From Candidatus Hadarchaeum sp. (GTDB taxonomy: Archaea > Hadarchaeota > Hadarchaeia > Hadarchaeales > Hadarchaeaceae), in the NCBI GenBank assembly GCA_020725895.1, contig DYTO01000003.1:17355-81354 (forward strand): a stretch of 64,000 nt of DNA, given 5' to 3'. The notes beneath the pieces were generated by a model, which worked only from the letters and a program-made list of their open reading frames with translations, made no database searches and was not told the origin of the DNA. Below are positions 49,327 to 59,556 of the stretch, in pieces. Numbering within the stretch: position 1 is the stretch's first letter; the number at the start of each line of letters is the position of its first letter. The position numbers were made by a program, and so were the translations under genes.

Positions 49327-49763
49327 AGGATTTCCCTTTCATAAGCGTTGTTGTTGGCACTTTCTCGCACGCTACCGAAGATGTTGAAAAAGTAAGGGGC
49401 ACCATGGCCAGTTTACTTCCGAAAGATGCCGAGATCGAGTTAAAAAACACGGAGGGCTATCACGGGAACCCGATAATCCTTCTCGAGACCAAGATAAACA
49501 AAAGAGCGCAGCTCCGTGAGTGGTGGAAAAAATTCGCTGAAAAGATAGGCGCGGGAGTGGTCGAAAAAATTCTTGAATCTCTGCCCGAAAACATAGACGA
49601 TTCGTGCAATCTTTACCTCCGCCTGGAAAAAAGCAGGGCGTGCCTCGGCGAGTATGTTTTAACTTCGGGCGGGGACCCAATACACGTCAAGCTGAAGATA
49701 GGGACCCGGCCTGCCAAGAAGGAGATTGCGGTCAGGCACGTAAGGGACTTCCTGAAAAATTAG
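49323..49763 (+). CDS. Conserved archaeal protein of the exosome superoperon (UPF0201/COG1325-like, predicted RNA-binding)
   Basis: GTG start overlapping the L15e stop; conserved position between L15e and Pop5. Confidence 0.45.
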   Translation: MKDFPFISVVVGTFSHATEDVEKVRGTMASLLPKDAEIELKNTEGYHGNPIILLETKINKRAQLREWWKKFAEKIGAGVVEKILESLPENIDDSCNLYLRLEKSRACLGEYVLTSGGDPIHVKLKIGTRPAKKEIAVRHVRDFLKN

Positions 49764-49771
49764 GGTTTCGC

Positions 49772-50053
49772 ATGAGAGAAAAAAGGAGATACGTGGCTTT
49801 CAAGGCTGGTTGCGGCTGGATAGAGCTGACGCAGGCTGTGAAGAAATTCGAGGTGGAATTCGGGAAACCGATAAAGCTCGTCCACTACGATTCCAACGCA
49901 GGCTTCGGCCTCCTGAGGTGCAGCCTAGCGCAACTCCCGCAATTGAGGACAAAAATGGAGAAAAATTTCAATAAAACGATTACGATCATCGGGATTTCCG
50001 GCACGATAAGGGCCGCGAAGAGGAAGTTCTCGCTCCAAGCAACGAAAGGTTAA
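49772..50053 (+). CDS. pop5: RNase P protein component Pop5 (Rpp14 family)
   Basis: MREKRRYVAFK start typical of Pop5; lies upstream of proteasome alpha. Confidence 0.6.
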   Translation: MREKRRYVAFKAGCGWIELTQAVKKFEVEFGKPIKLVHYDSNAGFGLLRCSLAQLPQLRTKMEKNFNKTITIIGISGTIRAAKRKFSLQATKG

Positions 50054-50096
50054 ATACTCAATAAATCTACAAAAATTAGCTAACGCTAATCAATCA

Positions 50097-50858
50097 TTGG
50101 TGAAAAAAATGGCATTTGTGCCTCCTGGAGCTGGATACGATAGGGCAATTACTGTCTTTAGTCCCGACGGCAAGCTATTCCAAGTTCAGTACGCCCAGGA
50201 AGCCGTCAAGAGAGGACTCACTGCCCTGGGAATCAAGGTAAATGAAGGAGCGGTTTTGGCTGCTGAAAAGAGAGTACGAAGCAAACTGGTAGAGGAAGTC
50301 TCCATCGAGAAGATATTCCAGGTGGATGGACACATAGGGGCCACCGCATCGGGTCTGATAGCGGACGCGCGTGTTCTGATAGACCACGCTAGGATCGAGG
50401 CACAAATAAACCGTCTGCGATACGACGAACCGATGAGCGTGCAATCCCTCGCCAAAAAGATAGGCGACATACAACAGCTTTACACACAGCACGGCGGTGT
50501 AAGGCCCTTTGGAGCCAGGCTTCTGATCGCTGGGGTTGACAACAAGGGACCACAGCTTTACGAGACCGACCCGAGCGGGGTCGTTGCTGCATACAAGTGC
50601 CAGGCGATCGGGGGCGGCGCACAGAATGTCACTGAATACCTCGAGAGGAACTACGACGAAAAGGCGACATTGGAGGGGACAATACGTCTGGCCCTAGAGT
50701 CGCTCAGGCTCGTGGTTGAGGGTGAGCTCGATGCCGAAAAGGTTGAGATGGCGATAATACCGGCGAAAACAACTCAATTCGAAAAGTTGAGCACAGCGGA
50801 CATCGAGAAGTACGTGAAGCAGATCGGAAAGTCGTCAGCCAAGCCCGCCAAGGAGTAG
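50097..50858 (+). CDS. psmA: Proteasome subunit alpha
   Basis: N-terminal [25 protein letters not shown]. Confidence 0.9.
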   Translation: MVKKMAFVPPGAGYDRAITVFSPDGKLFQVQYAQEAVKRGLTALGIKVNEGAVLAAEKRVRSKLVEEVSIEKIFQVDGHIGATASGLIADARVLIDHARIEAQINRLRYDEPMSVQSLAKKIGDIQQLYTQHGGVRPFGARLLIAGVDNKGPQLYETDPSGVVAAYKCQAIGGGAQNVTEYLERNYDEKATLEGTIRLALESLRLVVEGELDAEKVEMAIIPAKTTQFEKLSTADIEKYVKQIGKSSAKPAKE

Positions 50859-50866
50859 CGGGCCCT

Positions 50867-51562
50867 GTGGTGAAACTGGAAGATGCTGTAATCGCTAGGA
50901 TTTCCACTATTGGTACTACTTTTGAAGTTCTTGTTGACCCGGATTTGGCGATGGCGCTGAAAGGCGGCGAGGCCGTGGACATAAGAAACGTGCTCGCGAG
51001 CGACAAGATTTTCAAGGATTCCAAGAAAGGCGACGCCGCGGCCGAGGAGACGATCAAAAAGGCGTTCGGGACGACAGACGTTTTCAAGGTCGCTCCCGAG
51101 ATAATCCGCCGCGGGGAAGTCCAGGTCACGACGGAGCAGAGGAGGAGGATGCGCGAGCAGAGGCTGAAGCAGGTTATCGCGATAATCGCGAAGCGCGCGA
51201 TAAACCCGCAGACTGGCCTGCCTCACCCGCCAGCGAGGATCGAGTCCGCGCTCGAGGAGGTAAGGGTCCACATAGACGAGTTCAAGGGGGCCGAGGAGCA
51301 GGTAACGGAAATCGTGAAGGCGCTGCGCCCGATTCTACCGTTAAAGTTCGAAATGAGGCGCATAGCCTTGAAAATCCCGCCAAACTGGGTGGGAAAGGCC
51401 CAGCACTTCGTCCGGAAGTTCGGGAAGCTCCAAAAGGAGGAATGGCTGAACGACGGCTCGTGGGCAGCGCTCGTGGAGATACCCGCCGGCGTCCAGATGG
51501 AATTCTTCGAAAAGCTAAACGATTTAACAAGGGGCGAGGTAGAGACAAAGGTGGTAGAATGA
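50867..51562 (+). CDS. sdo1: Ribosome maturation protein SBDS homologue
   Basis: 231 aa, [17 protein letters not shown]...; conserved position before rrp4. Confidence 0.75.
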   Translation: MVKLEDAVIARISTIGTTFEVLVDPDLAMALKGGEAVDIRNVLASDKIFKDSKKGDAAAEETIKKAFGTTDVFKVAPEIIRRGEVQVTTEQRRRMREQRLKQVIAIIAKRAINPQTGLPHPPARIESALEEVRVHIDEFKGAEEQVTEIVKALRPILPLKFEMRRIALKIPPNWVGKAQHFVRKFGKLQKEEWLNDGSWAALVEIPAGVQMEFFEKLNDLTRGEVETKVVE

Positions 51563-52251
51563 TTCACGTGAAGACAAGAGACCTGGTGCTGCCCGGGCAG
51601 CTTATCGCCGAAGGCAAATACAAGACCAGAGACGGCGCTTTCAGGGAAGGGGAAAACATATTCTCTTCTGTTGTCGGGCTGGCAGATGTCCGTGAAGAGA
51701 CAATAAGCGTCATACCTCTCGGTGGCCAATACATTCCTAGGGTGGGTGACATGGTCATTGGGGTCGTTATTGACGACCACCGCGCCGGATGGATCGTCGA
51801 CATAAAATCTACTTACACCGCAACTCTCCTAGTTTCAGATTTCCTCAGACAAAAGGTCGACCTCTTCAAGGAGGACATAAGCAAAATCCTCACGATTGGC
51901 GATGTCGTGGCCGTCGAGGTCAGGAGCGTCGACGAGAGGATGGACATCCTGCTCGAGGGCGGGAGGCCAGGCTTGGGCAGGATAAAGAGTGGGAAGATGA
52001 TCGAGATCTCGCCCATGAAGGTCCCGAGGGTCCTTGGCAAGAAAGGCTCAATGTTTGATGTCATACAGAACGGCACCGGCTGCAAACTCATGGTCGGGCG
52101 AAACGGTAGGATAATGGTCTGGGGCAAGGACGAGGGGATGATTAACAACGCCGTTGAGGCGATTTTCACGATAGAGCGAGAGGCGCACACTTCCGGTCTT
52201 ACAGACCGGATACGTCTCATGCTCGAAAAAATGAAATCGGAGGTGAATTAA
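51559..52251 (+). CDS. rrp4: Exosome complex RNA-binding protein Rrp4 (S1 + KH domains)
   Basis: LVLPGQ..., S1 core GDMVIGVV and KH GxxG region; the internal ATG at 51559 overlaps the SBDS stop. Confidence 0.8.
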   Translation: MIHVKTRDLVLPGQLIAEGKYKTRDGAFREGENIFSSVVGLADVREETISVIPLGGQYIPRVGDMVIGVVIDDHRAGWIVDIKSTYTATLLVSDFLRQKVDLFKEDISKILTIGDVVAVEVRSVDERMDILLEGGRPGLGRIKSGKMIEISPMKVPRVLGKKGSMFDVIQNGTGCKLMVGRNGRIMVWGKDEGMINNAVEAIFTIEREAHTSGLTDRIRLMLEKMKSEVN

Positions 52252-52976
52252 TGGACAAACCAGAGAAGCTGATGATAGATGGAAAGAGACTGGACGGCCG
52301 CTCTCCCGAGGAACTGAGACCCTTCAAGATAGTCGCAGGGGCTCTCGAACGCGCGGATGGATCGGCTTACGTCGAGATGGGAAACAACAAAGTTTTCGCA
52401 GCAGTATACGGGCCCAGAGAGATGCATCCGAGACATCACGCCCTGCCGGATCAGGCTGTCTTGAGGTGCAGGTACAACATGGCGCCGTTCTCTGTGGACG
52501 ACAGGAAGAAGCCCGGCCCGAACAGGAGATCGATAGAGATATCGAAGGTGACCAGGGAAGCTTTGGAACCGGTGATGTTCTTGGAGCTCTATCCGAGATC
52601 CGTCATCGACGTATTCGTAGAGGTCCTCCAAGCAGACGCAGGGACGCGAACCGCAGGGATAAATGCCGCCTCCGTTGCGCTGGCAGACGCCGGCATACCA
52701 ATGAAAGACTTGGTATCTTCAGTAGCAGTTGGAAAAGTTGAAGAAACAGTGGTGATGGACTTGTTTAAAGAGGAAGACCAGTGGGGAACGACAGACATGC
52801 CGATAGCGATGATCCCCAGGAAAAAGGCCATAACATTACTTCAGATGGATGGCCACTTCACAGAGGAGGAGTTCAAATATGCTTTGGACTTGGCATCGAG
52901 AGGATGCACGCAGATATACGAAGCACAGCGACAGGCACTTAAGGAGAAGTACACCATGAGGAAGGAGGAAGAGTAA
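52251..52976 (+). CDS. rrp41: Exosome complex exonuclease Rrp41 (RNase PH-like, catalytic)
   Basis: [26 protein letters not shown], ...[12 protein letters not shown]... Confidence 0.85.
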   Translation: MDKPEKLMIDGKRLDGRSPEELRPFKIVAGALERADGSAYVEMGNNKVFAAVYGPREMHPRHHALPDQAVLRCRYNMAPFSVDDRKKPGPNRRSIEISKVTREALEPVMFLELYPRSVIDVFVEVLQADAGTRTAGINAASVALADAGIPMKDLVSSVAVGKVEETVVMDLFKEEDQWGTTDMPIAMIPRKKAITLLQMDGHFTEEEFKYALDLASRGCTQIYEAQRQALKEKYTMRKEEE

Positions 52977-52977
52977 A

Positions 52978-53742
52978 ATGGCAGAGATAGTATCACGAGT
53001 TAAGCGCGATTATATCGCGTCGCTTATCCAACAGGGAAAGAGGGCAGACGGAAGGGCAACGGACCAGTTCAGGGAAGTCTCGGTTGAAAAAGACCTGATA
53101 AAGACTGCGGACGGCTCGGCGAGGGTCAAGATTGGAAAGACCCACGTGCTCGTCGGAGTGAAGCTCCAGAAGGGAGAACCGTTCCCGGACACCCCAGACA
53201 GCGGTGTTCTTATCGTCGGATCGGAACTCTTGCCGATGGCTTCGCCAACGTTCGAAGTTGGGCCGCCGCGCGAAGAGGCGATCGAGCTGGCCAGGGTTGT
53301 TGACCGAGGCATAAGAGAGTCTGAGTCAATAGACCTGGACAAGCTGGTGATAAAGTCCGGAGAGGAAGTCTGGTCGGTTTTCATAGACATCGACGTCTTG
53401 GACCATGATGGGAACCTGATAGACGCTTCAGCCCTTGCAGCGATTGCGGCGCTCACTGACGTGAAGGCACTGAAGGAAGAGGGATGGACACTGCCGGAAT
53501 TCCCGTTGAAAGAGAAGCCGGTCGCGGTCACAGTCGTGAAAGTGAACGGAAAACTGATCGTCGACCCGAAACTTGACGAAGAGCAGGTCATGGACGCGAG
53601 GCTGACGATAGTGACGACCGAGGACGACAGCATTTGCGCGATGCAGAAGGGATGCGCGGGCTCTTTCCAGAAGGAAGAGATCGAGCAGGCCTACGTCATC
53701 GCGAGGGGAAAGGCAGCCGAACTAAGAAAGCTATTGGGGTGA
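52978..53742 (+). CDS. rrp42: Exosome complex subunit Rrp42 (RNase PH-like, non-catalytic)
   Basis: RADGRATDQFREV, DGSARVKIGKTHVLVGV. Confidence 0.85.
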   Translation: MAEIVSRVKRDYIASLIQQGKRADGRATDQFREVSVEKDLIKTADGSARVKIGKTHVLVGVKLQKGEPFPDTPDSGVLIVGSELLPMASPTFEVGPPREEAIELARVVDRGIRESESIDLDKLVIKSGEEVWSVFIDIDVLDHDGNLIDASALAAIAALTDVKALKEEGWTLPEFPLKEKPVAVTVVKVNGKLIVDPKLDEEQVMDARLTIVTTEDDSICAMQKGCAGSFQKEEIEQAYVIARGKAAELRKLLG

Positions 53743-53746
53743 ACCT

Positions 53747-53998
53747 GTGCCAAGAACAAAGAAAGTTGCGGCATCCGGAAAGTTCGGACCGAGGTATGGG
53801 TTCACTCTCAGGCGCCAGTACGCGGAAGTCGACGCCAAGGTCAGGCAGCAGTACCAGTGCCCCACTTGCGGGGCGGTGAAGGTGAAGAGGGTGAGCACGG
53901 CGATTTGGGAGTGCAGAAGGTGCGGAGCAAAGTTTGCCGGAGGAGCCTACATTCCTGTGACTGCTGGTGCACAACCAAAATCCAAGGGGGTGGCCTGA
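53747..53998 (+). CDS. rpl37ae: 50S ribosomal protein L37Ae
   Basis: KKVAASGKFGPRYG and zinc ribbon CPTCG...CRRCG. Confidence 0.9.
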   Translation: MPRTKKVAASGKFGPRYGFTLRRQYAEVDAKVRQQYQCPTCGAVKVKRVSTAIWECRRCGAKFAGGAYIPVTAGAQPKSKGVA

Positions 53999-54129
53999 TG
54001 CAAAAGTGCGGTAGTTGCGGTAGGGACATAGACAAACTGCCTGAGGGAAGGCTGAGGTGCCCTCACTGCGGGTCACACCTCCTGTACAAGCCGAGAAGAG
54101 AGATTGTCAAGAAAGTCAAGGCAATTTAA
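53998..54129 (+). CDS. rpoP: DNA-directed RNA polymerase subunit P (Rpo12/RpoP), 43 aa; below the ORF-track cutoff
   Basis: MQKCGSCGRDIDKLPEGRLRCPHCGSHLLYKPRREIVKKVKAI (CxxC...CxxC ribbon); conserved position after L37Ae. Confidence 0.75.
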   Translation: MQKCGSCGRDIDKLPEGRLRCPHCGSHLLYKPRREIVKKVKAI

Positions 54130-54149
54130 AAAAATCGTGGGTTGATAAA

Positions 54150-54398
54150 ATGAAGGCTGAAAGAGCTGTTGCTAAAGTCGAATTCGACTTTAAAAATCAG
54201 AGGGGCGCGGAAGCCGTCCTGCGCTCACTTGTTCCAGAAAAGACCCTCCCTAAGACGAGCAAGTGCACGGTCGATATCACTCGCAGGAAAAACGTTTTAT
54301 GCCTCCAAGTCGACGCTGAAGACACAGCGGCGCTTCGTGCGGCGCTGAATTCGTTCCTGAGATGGACGATAGTCGCGAAAGAAATGATCGAGAGGTAG
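54150..54398 (+). CDS. pcc1: KEOPS subunit Pcc1
   Basis: 82 aa, ...VDAEDTAALRAALNSFLRW...; conserved superoperon position between rpoP and prefoldin beta. Confidence 0.65.
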   Translation: MKAERAVAKVEFDFKNQRGAEAVLRSLVPEKTLPKTSKCTVDITRRKNVLCLQVDAEDTAALRAALNSFLRWTIVAKEMIER

Positions 54399-54402
54399 GA
54401 AA

Positions 54403-54768
54403 ATGGAAAAGATATCTCCGCAGATAAGGCATCAACTGGCCCAATTCCAACATACCCAGCAGCAGGCGCAGGTTCTGATGAGCCAGAAGCAGCAGCTGGA
54501 GATACTGCTCCACGAGACGGAGAGAGCTTTCGAGGATCTGCAGAAACTGGCAGACGATGCTGTAGTCTACAAGAGCGTCGGGACTGTTATGGTGAAGTAT
54601 GATAAGAAGAAGCTCGAGGGCGAACTCGGCGAGCAGAGGGAGACCCTCGGCCTTCGCATAAAGACAGTTGTGAGGCAGGAGGAAAGGACAATCCAGCGGC
54701 TCAACGAAATGAGGGAAAAATTGGATCAGGCGATGAAGGGTGGAGAACCCCCAGTTGGCGCAAGCTAG
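54403..54768 (+). CDS. pfdB: Prefoldin subunit beta
   Basis: 121 aa coiled coil - beta hairpin - coiled coil. Confidence 0.8.
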   Translation: MEKISPQIRHQLAQFQHTQQQAQVLMSQKQQLEILLHETERAFEDLQKLADDAVVYKSVGTVMVKYDKKKLEGELGEQRETLGLRIKTVVRQEERTIQRLNEMREKLDQAMKGGEPPVGAS

Positions 54769-55759
54769 CCGCCCAATCAAAGAAGCCGCGGACTTCTTGG
54801 AAAAAATAGTCTCTCGAAAGGATAGGACTTTGGTTCTCTGTCATCACAATTCTGACCTTGACGCCGTTGCAAGCGCGACCGTTCTTTCTGAAACCCTGAA
54901 AGGGATGGGCGTGGATTGCCGTGCGGCGGCGGCGGAAAGCGTCTCGACGCTTGGCAAGACAATTTTGCATTTTTTCGGCAAGGAGATCGAAGTCGACCCG
55001 CCGTTGGATTTCGACCTCGTAATTCTGGTGGACACCTCCGGGTATGGCCATCTCGGAGACTTCGGGGCGCAGGTCAGGGAATTCCCCGGCAAGCTCGCGG
55101 TGATAGATCACCACAGGCCTGTCGAGGAAATGCAAAAGGCGGCCGAGTTCTACTTCGTCAAGGAGGACTATTCTTCCGAATCCGAGCTGATTTTCAAAAT
55201 CATTTCTGAGATGGGGGGGACGCTCTCGCCTGAGCAGGCCTCGCTTTTGCTTTCTGGGATAATAAGCGACACCGCTCATTTCAGGCTCGCGAGGCCGGAG
55301 ACTTTCGGGATACTCGCTTCGCTCATCGAGGCTGGGGCAGATTACAGGAAGATGATCGAGATATTGAAAACTCCCGAGGACCCGTCGAGGAGGATAGCTA
55401 TGCTGAAGGCGGCCAGCAGGTCCGAAACGACACGACTTGAAGATCAGATAATAGTTTTCTCGGAACTCGGTTCATTTGAAGGCGATGCGGCATCGATGCT
55501 AGTTAGGATAGGCGCTGACGCGGCATTCGTCGGGTGCGAGGACAAGGGAGATCTAAGGCTAAGCGGGAGGGCTCGTTCCGAATTCGTCGAAAAAACCGGG
55601 TTGCACATGGGTAAATTCATGGAAGAGCTGTCGAAAACATTCAATGGGAGCGGCGGCGGACACCCGAGCGCGGCGAGCATGAACGGGAAAGGCAAGTTCA
55701 AGGACATGAAAAAACACCTGTTTAAACAACTGCAACAAAAAATAAAACCGAAAACATGA
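54740..55759 (+). CDS. DHH/DHHA1-family phosphoesterase (NrnA-like)
   Basis: CHHNSDLDAVASA, DTSG, IDHHRP, C-terminal GGGH; start uncertain because it overlaps the end of pfdB. Confidence 0.65.
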   Translation: MENPQLAQASRPIKEAADFLEKIVSRKDRTLVLCHHNSDLDAVASATVLSETLKGMGVDCRAAAAESVSTLGKTILHFFGKEIEVDPPLDFDLVILVDTSGYGHLGDFGAQVREFPGKLAVIDHHRPVEEMQKAAEFYFVKEDYSSESELIFKIISEMGGTLSPEQASLLLSGIISDTAHFRLARPETFGILASLIEAGADYRKMIEILKTPEDPSRRIAMLKAASRSETTRLEDQIIVFSELGSFEGDAASMLVRIGADAAFVGCEDKGDLRLSGRARSEFVEKTGLHMGKFMEELSKTFNGSGGGHPSAASMNGKGKFKDMKKHLFKQLQQKIKPKT

Positions 55760-56676
55760 AACAAGAAGCGCTGAAAACTCTGGAGAACGCGGGATATCGG
55801 ATTTTGGGCAAAGAAGGGCACAGCGCTGTGAAGGTCTGCCATTGGGCTAAGAAGAGCCTCTTGGGCGAGGGCGTTTGCTACAAGGAGAAATTCTACGGAA
55901 ATGAGTTGGGAGTGAGGAGCCACCTCTGCCTCCAGCTGACGCCAAGCCTGAAGCTGTGCGACCACCGCTGCGTATACTGCTGGCGTGACATCGAAAACAC
56001 GGCGTCCGGCTGGGAAGATGGCGTCGACAGCCCGGAAGAAATACTGGACTCCGCGCTAACCGCTCAGAGAATCCTCCTGAGCGGGTTCGGCGGCAACCCG
56101 GACGTGGACAAGCAAAAGTTCAAGGAGGCCCAGAAGCCGAGGCATTGCGCGATATCGTTATCGGGCGAGCCGACTCTCTACCCGAAAATAAACGAGTTGA
56201 TCGAGGCATGCAAGAGCAGGGGGATGTCGAGCTTCCTCGTGACGAACGGATTGCACCCTGAGGTCCTTGAAAATCTCGTACCTCCAACGCAACTCTACCT
56301 CTCGCTCGTCGCCCCGGACCCCAAAACGTACAATGAAGTCTGCATGCCTTTGCGTCAGAACGGCTGGGATAAGCTGAACAAGAGCTTGGAAGTCTTGTCG
56401 GGACTTGGCGGTAGGCGAGTTGTCAGGCTGACCCTCGTGAAGGACATGAACCTCAAGAATCCCGCGGGTTACGCAAAGATGATCGAAAGGGCAAACCCAG
56501 ACTTTGTGGAGGCAAAGGCGTACATGTACGTGGGCTACTCGAGGAAGCGACTCAAGATGGAAAACATGCCACTGCACCAGGAGATCTCCGAGTTCGCGAA
56601 AGAACTGGAGAAATATTGCGGCTACGGGGTGGTTGACGAGTCGGAGCCGAGCAGGGTAGTTTTGCTGAAAAGATGA
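55756..56676 (+). CDS. taw1: tRNA 4-demethylwyosine synthase TYW1/Taw1 (radical SAM)
   Basis: Radical SAM CDHRCVYC plus the conserved additional Cys (HLCLQLT...); 306 aa. Confidence 0.75.
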   Translation: MKQEALKTLENAGYRILGKEGHSAVKVCHWAKKSLLGEGVCYKEKFYGNELGVRSHLCLQLTPSLKLCDHRCVYCWRDIENTASGWEDGVDSPEEILDSALTAQRILLSGFGGNPDVDKQKFKEAQKPRHCAISLSGEPTLYPKINELIEACKSRGMSSFLVTNGLHPEVLENLVPPTQLYLSLVAPDPKTYNEVCMPLRQNGWDKLNKSLEVLSGLGGRRVVRLTLVKDMNLKNPAGYAKMIERANPDFVEAKAYMYVGYSRKRLKMENMPLHQEISEFAKELEKYCGYGVVDESEPSRVVLLKR

Positions 56677-56735
56677 TTTTCGCCTAAGCGCAAATTTTAA
56701 AGGTATGGGTGAGTAAAAATATTGGAGGAGTTTGA

Positions 56736-57194
56736 GTGGTTGTAAGAGTAGAAGACTTCATGACGAGAAAAGTCGTGACTATTGAATCTTCAAAAAGCAT
56801 TCTTGAGGCGGCAAAAACATTGACCGACCAGCACGTCGGGAGCCTGGTCGTCTTGAAGGCGGGCAAGCCTCTCGGCATAGTGACAGACCGCGACATAGTC
56901 ACCCGCGCCGTTGTTGTTGGGCTTTCTCTGGAATCCGAAAAATTGGAGAAGATAATATCAAAGCCTTTGATCACGGTCAGCCGGGACACCCTCATGCTCG
57001 AGGCCGTCGAGCTTATGGAGAGGCACTCCATCAGGAGGATACCCGTCGTGAGCAAGGACAAAATCGTCGGGATCGTGACATCAAGCGATGTCGGGCGGGC
57101 ATCAAAAATCCTGGCGCCATATCTCCTACCCAGAATACCCGAGATTTATCTCCTGCCTAAAAAAATGGACAGCGAGTACAAGTCGGTCGATTAG
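56736..57194 (+). CDS. CBS domain pair protein
   Basis: Two CBS repeats (VVTIE...GSLVV, RRIPVV...IVGIVT). Confidence 0.75.
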   Translation: MVVRVEDFMTRKVVTIESSKSILEAAKTLTDQHVGSLVVLKAGKPLGIVTDRDIVTRAVVVGLSLESEKLEKIISKPLITVSRDTLMLEAVELMERHSIRRIPVVSKDKIVGIVTSSDVGRASKILAPYLLPRIPEIYLLPKKMDSEYKSVD

Positions 57195-57204
57195 AAGTGG
57201 AAAA

Positions 57205-57813
57205 GTGAAAAAACTTGTTAAGGAGATGCGCGATTATTTCGACGTCCAGAACGAGGTCAGGGAAAAAATGCTGGAACTCTCGAGAGAGGTAATACGGAAC
57301 TCTTCACGCTCGATCTCTGCCACCCACCGGCAGGAAAAGAAATTAGCTTTGAATTTTCTGACAACCGCGAAGAAGAAACTTGGCGAGATGGAAAAAATCG
57401 CCGGGAAATATCCTCAACTTTCGAGCTACGGGTACATTCACTCCGCGCAGCAGGAGTACGTCGAGGCGGAAATAATCAAAAGATTGTCCGAGAACGGCGA
57501 AATACCGTCACCAAAAAAGCTTGGAGTACATTTCATCCCCTATCTAGGCGGGGTCTCGGACGCGATAGGTGAACTGAGGCGGACGGTGCTTGACATGATC
57601 CGCAGAAACGAGGTCCAGAAAGCCGAGAAAACGCTCACGATAATGGAGGAACTATTCGAGTTCCTTATGGAGTTCGACTATGTGGATGCGGTCATCCCAG
57701 GCATGAGGCGCCGGCAGGACGTGAGCAGGCAGATACTGGAAAAGACCCGCGGAGACCTGACGACTGCGCTGAGACAGGAAAAACTCGAGAAGGCCCTGAG
57801 GAGAGGCAAATGA
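57205..57813 (+). CDS. Translin-family protein (tentative); start uncertain (GTG at 57205 or ATG at 57226)
   Basis: All-helical ~200 aa with ...QQEYVEAEII... and PYLGGVSDAIGELRR, which resembles the translin yLlGv.DltGEL.R motif. Confidence 0.4.
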   Translation: MKKLVKEMRDYFDVQNEVREKMLELSREVIRNSSRSISATHRQEKKLALNFLTTAKKKLGEMEKIAGKYPQLSSYGYIHSAQQEYVEAEIIKRLSENGEIPSPKKLGVHFIPYLGGVSDAIGELRRTVLDMIRRNEVQKAEKTLTIMEELFEFLMEFDYVDAVIPGMRRRQDVSRQILEKTRGDLTTALRQEKLEKALRRGK

Positions 57814-59396
57814 CCTCCTTCGATGCAAAGAAATTGAAATCGCTGGCCGAAAAAAACTTTGAGGAGGCTTGGTTCGAGGGCGGGAAGCTGATAAAGAAGG
57901 AAGGCAGGGTTTTCGAGCTCGCGCCGAAGGGCAAGGCCCATCCTCTCTTTGAGCTGATTGAAAGGGTGAGGAAAACTTTGCTCGGGCTTGGGCTCACGGA
58001 GGCCATCGTCCCGGTCCTTGTCGACAAGCGTGAAGTTTACGCGCAGTACGGCGACGAAGCACCGGTGATATTGGATCGAGTCTTCTTCCTTGCCGGGCTC
58101 GAGAGGCCGGATATTGGGATTGGGAAATCGAAACTCCAGCAGATTCAGAAAGCTGTCACCGGATTCAGGGATGTCGAGAAGTTGCAGGAGGTATTCAGGC
58201 GGTACAAGAAGGGGAAAATCGCGTCAGACGATCTTCTTGAAGTCATGACGGCCGAGCTCGGAATCAAGGAGGTTGAGGCGGGGAGGTTGCTTTCTCTCTT
58301 CTCGGAGCTGAAAGAACTGAAGCCCGTTCCGATAGACTTGACGCTGCGTTCGCACACCACGGCGGGATGGTTTGGCCTTTTGAAGGAGATCCAGCACAGG
58401 GAGCCTCTGCCGATCCAACTCTTCACCGTTGGGCCGAAGTTCAGGCGCGAGCAGAGCCTTGACGAGAGCCACCTTTACGAGTCTTGGACTGCCTCGCTTG
58501 TCGTGATGGCGGACGAGATGACGCTTGAGGACGGCGAGCACATTGTCCGGAAGGTCCTCTCGAAGCTTGGTTTTGAGGGGGTGAAGCTTGTCGTTAAAAA
58601 AGCCACTTCAAAATATTACGCGCCGGGGATGGAGATGGAGGTCTTCGTCAAGCATCCGAAGACCGGCGAGCTTCTGGAGGTCGGGGACGCTGGGTTCTAC
58701 AGCCCGGTCGCTCTGGCGAACTACGGCATGTCGAAGCCCGTTTTCAACCTGGGCGTAGGGCTGGAGCGGATGCTGATGATCGAAACTGGCGAATCCGATA
58801 TCAGGGAACTCGTTTTTCCACACATATACAAGCGGGCCGAATTTTCCGATACCGAGCTGGCGGAAATGATCAAGCTCGAGAGGTCGCCTGTGAGCGGCGA
58901 CGGAATGAAGATCGCCGAGGCGATAGTCAGGACGGCTGAGAAGCACGCGGATGTGCCGAGCCCGTGCGAGTTCAAGGCTTACGAGGGCACGGTCGGCGGG
59001 AAGAAGGTTGTCGTGAAGGTTGTTGAGCCGGAGAGCGAGACGAAACTCGTGGGGCCGGCGGGTTTCAACTCTGTAAAGGTCTACGAGAGGAACGTTGTCG
59101 GCGTGCCGCCGAAGGGATGGGAGAAGGACGAGTTCCTGGGCGCGGTGCGTGAGAAGGGGGTCCCGACGAAAATCGACTTCATGCACGCTTTCGCGGCGCT
59201 CGCTGCAGCAGAGATTGAGGAAGCCGCCGAAAAGGGCAAGGAAACAGTGAGAGTCCAAGTGAAGAACATCAAGCTTCCGAGCGACATCAACATCAAGCTC
59301 GACGAGGTCGCGCAGCGTTACATCACGGATAACAAGAAAAGAATCGATCTGCGCGGGCCTTTCTTCACGACTGTCGTGGCTGAATTCAGACAATAG
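57810..59396 (+). CDS. sepS: O-phosphoserine--tRNA(Cys) ligase (SepRS)
   Basis: NFEEAWFE, LRSHTTAGWF, PLPIQLFTVGPKFRREQ (motif 2), SKYYAPGMEMEVFVKHPK...LEVGDAGFYSP, GVGLERMLM (motif 3), SPCEF, LRGPFF. These match the SepRS pattern recalled for methanogens; 528 aa. Confidence 0.75.
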   Translation: MTSFDAKKLKSLAEKNFEEAWFEGGKLIKKEGRVFELAPKGKAHPLFELIERVRKTLLGLGLTEAIVPVLVDKREVYAQYGDEAPVILDRVFFLAGLERPDIGIGKSKLQQIQKAVTGFRDVEKLQEVFRRYKKGKIASDDLLEVMTAELGIKEVEAGRLLSLFSELKELKPVPIDLTLRSHTTAGWFGLLKEIQHREPLPIQLFTVGPKFRREQSLDESHLYESWTASLVVMADEMTLEDGEHIVRKVLSKLGFEGVKLVVKKATSKYYAPGMEMEVFVKHPKTGELLEVGDAGFYSPVALANYGMSKPVFNLGVGLERMLMIETGESDIRELVFPHIYKRAEFSDTELAEMIKLERSPVSGDGMKIAEAIVRTAEKHADVPSPCEFKAYEGTVGGKKVVVKVVEPESETKLVGPAGFNSVKVYERNVVGVPPKGWEKDEFLGAVREKGVPTKIDFMHAFAALAAAEIEEAAEKGKETVRVQVKNIKLPSDINIKLDEVAQRYITDNKKRIDLRGPFFTTVVAEFRQ

Positions 59397-59556
59397 TGAA
59401 TTTATTCCGATTATCAAGTTTTCGACGTGAAAGTTTTCAGAAAACCTTATTTCTTACAAAAAAACAATTAAACAGCGGGCGACCGGCATTTGCTAGCCAA
59501 CACCCCCGAACCTGCTACCGCCAAGTCTTTGATAATGGTCCTTATAAAGGAAGAAA

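Noticed and set aside
59397-59556. Convergent intergenic region between sepS and the isomerase gene examined for an ncRNA or terminator
   Set aside because: Only a weak GTTTTC/GAAAAC inverted repeat with a 1-nt loop; no convincing structure
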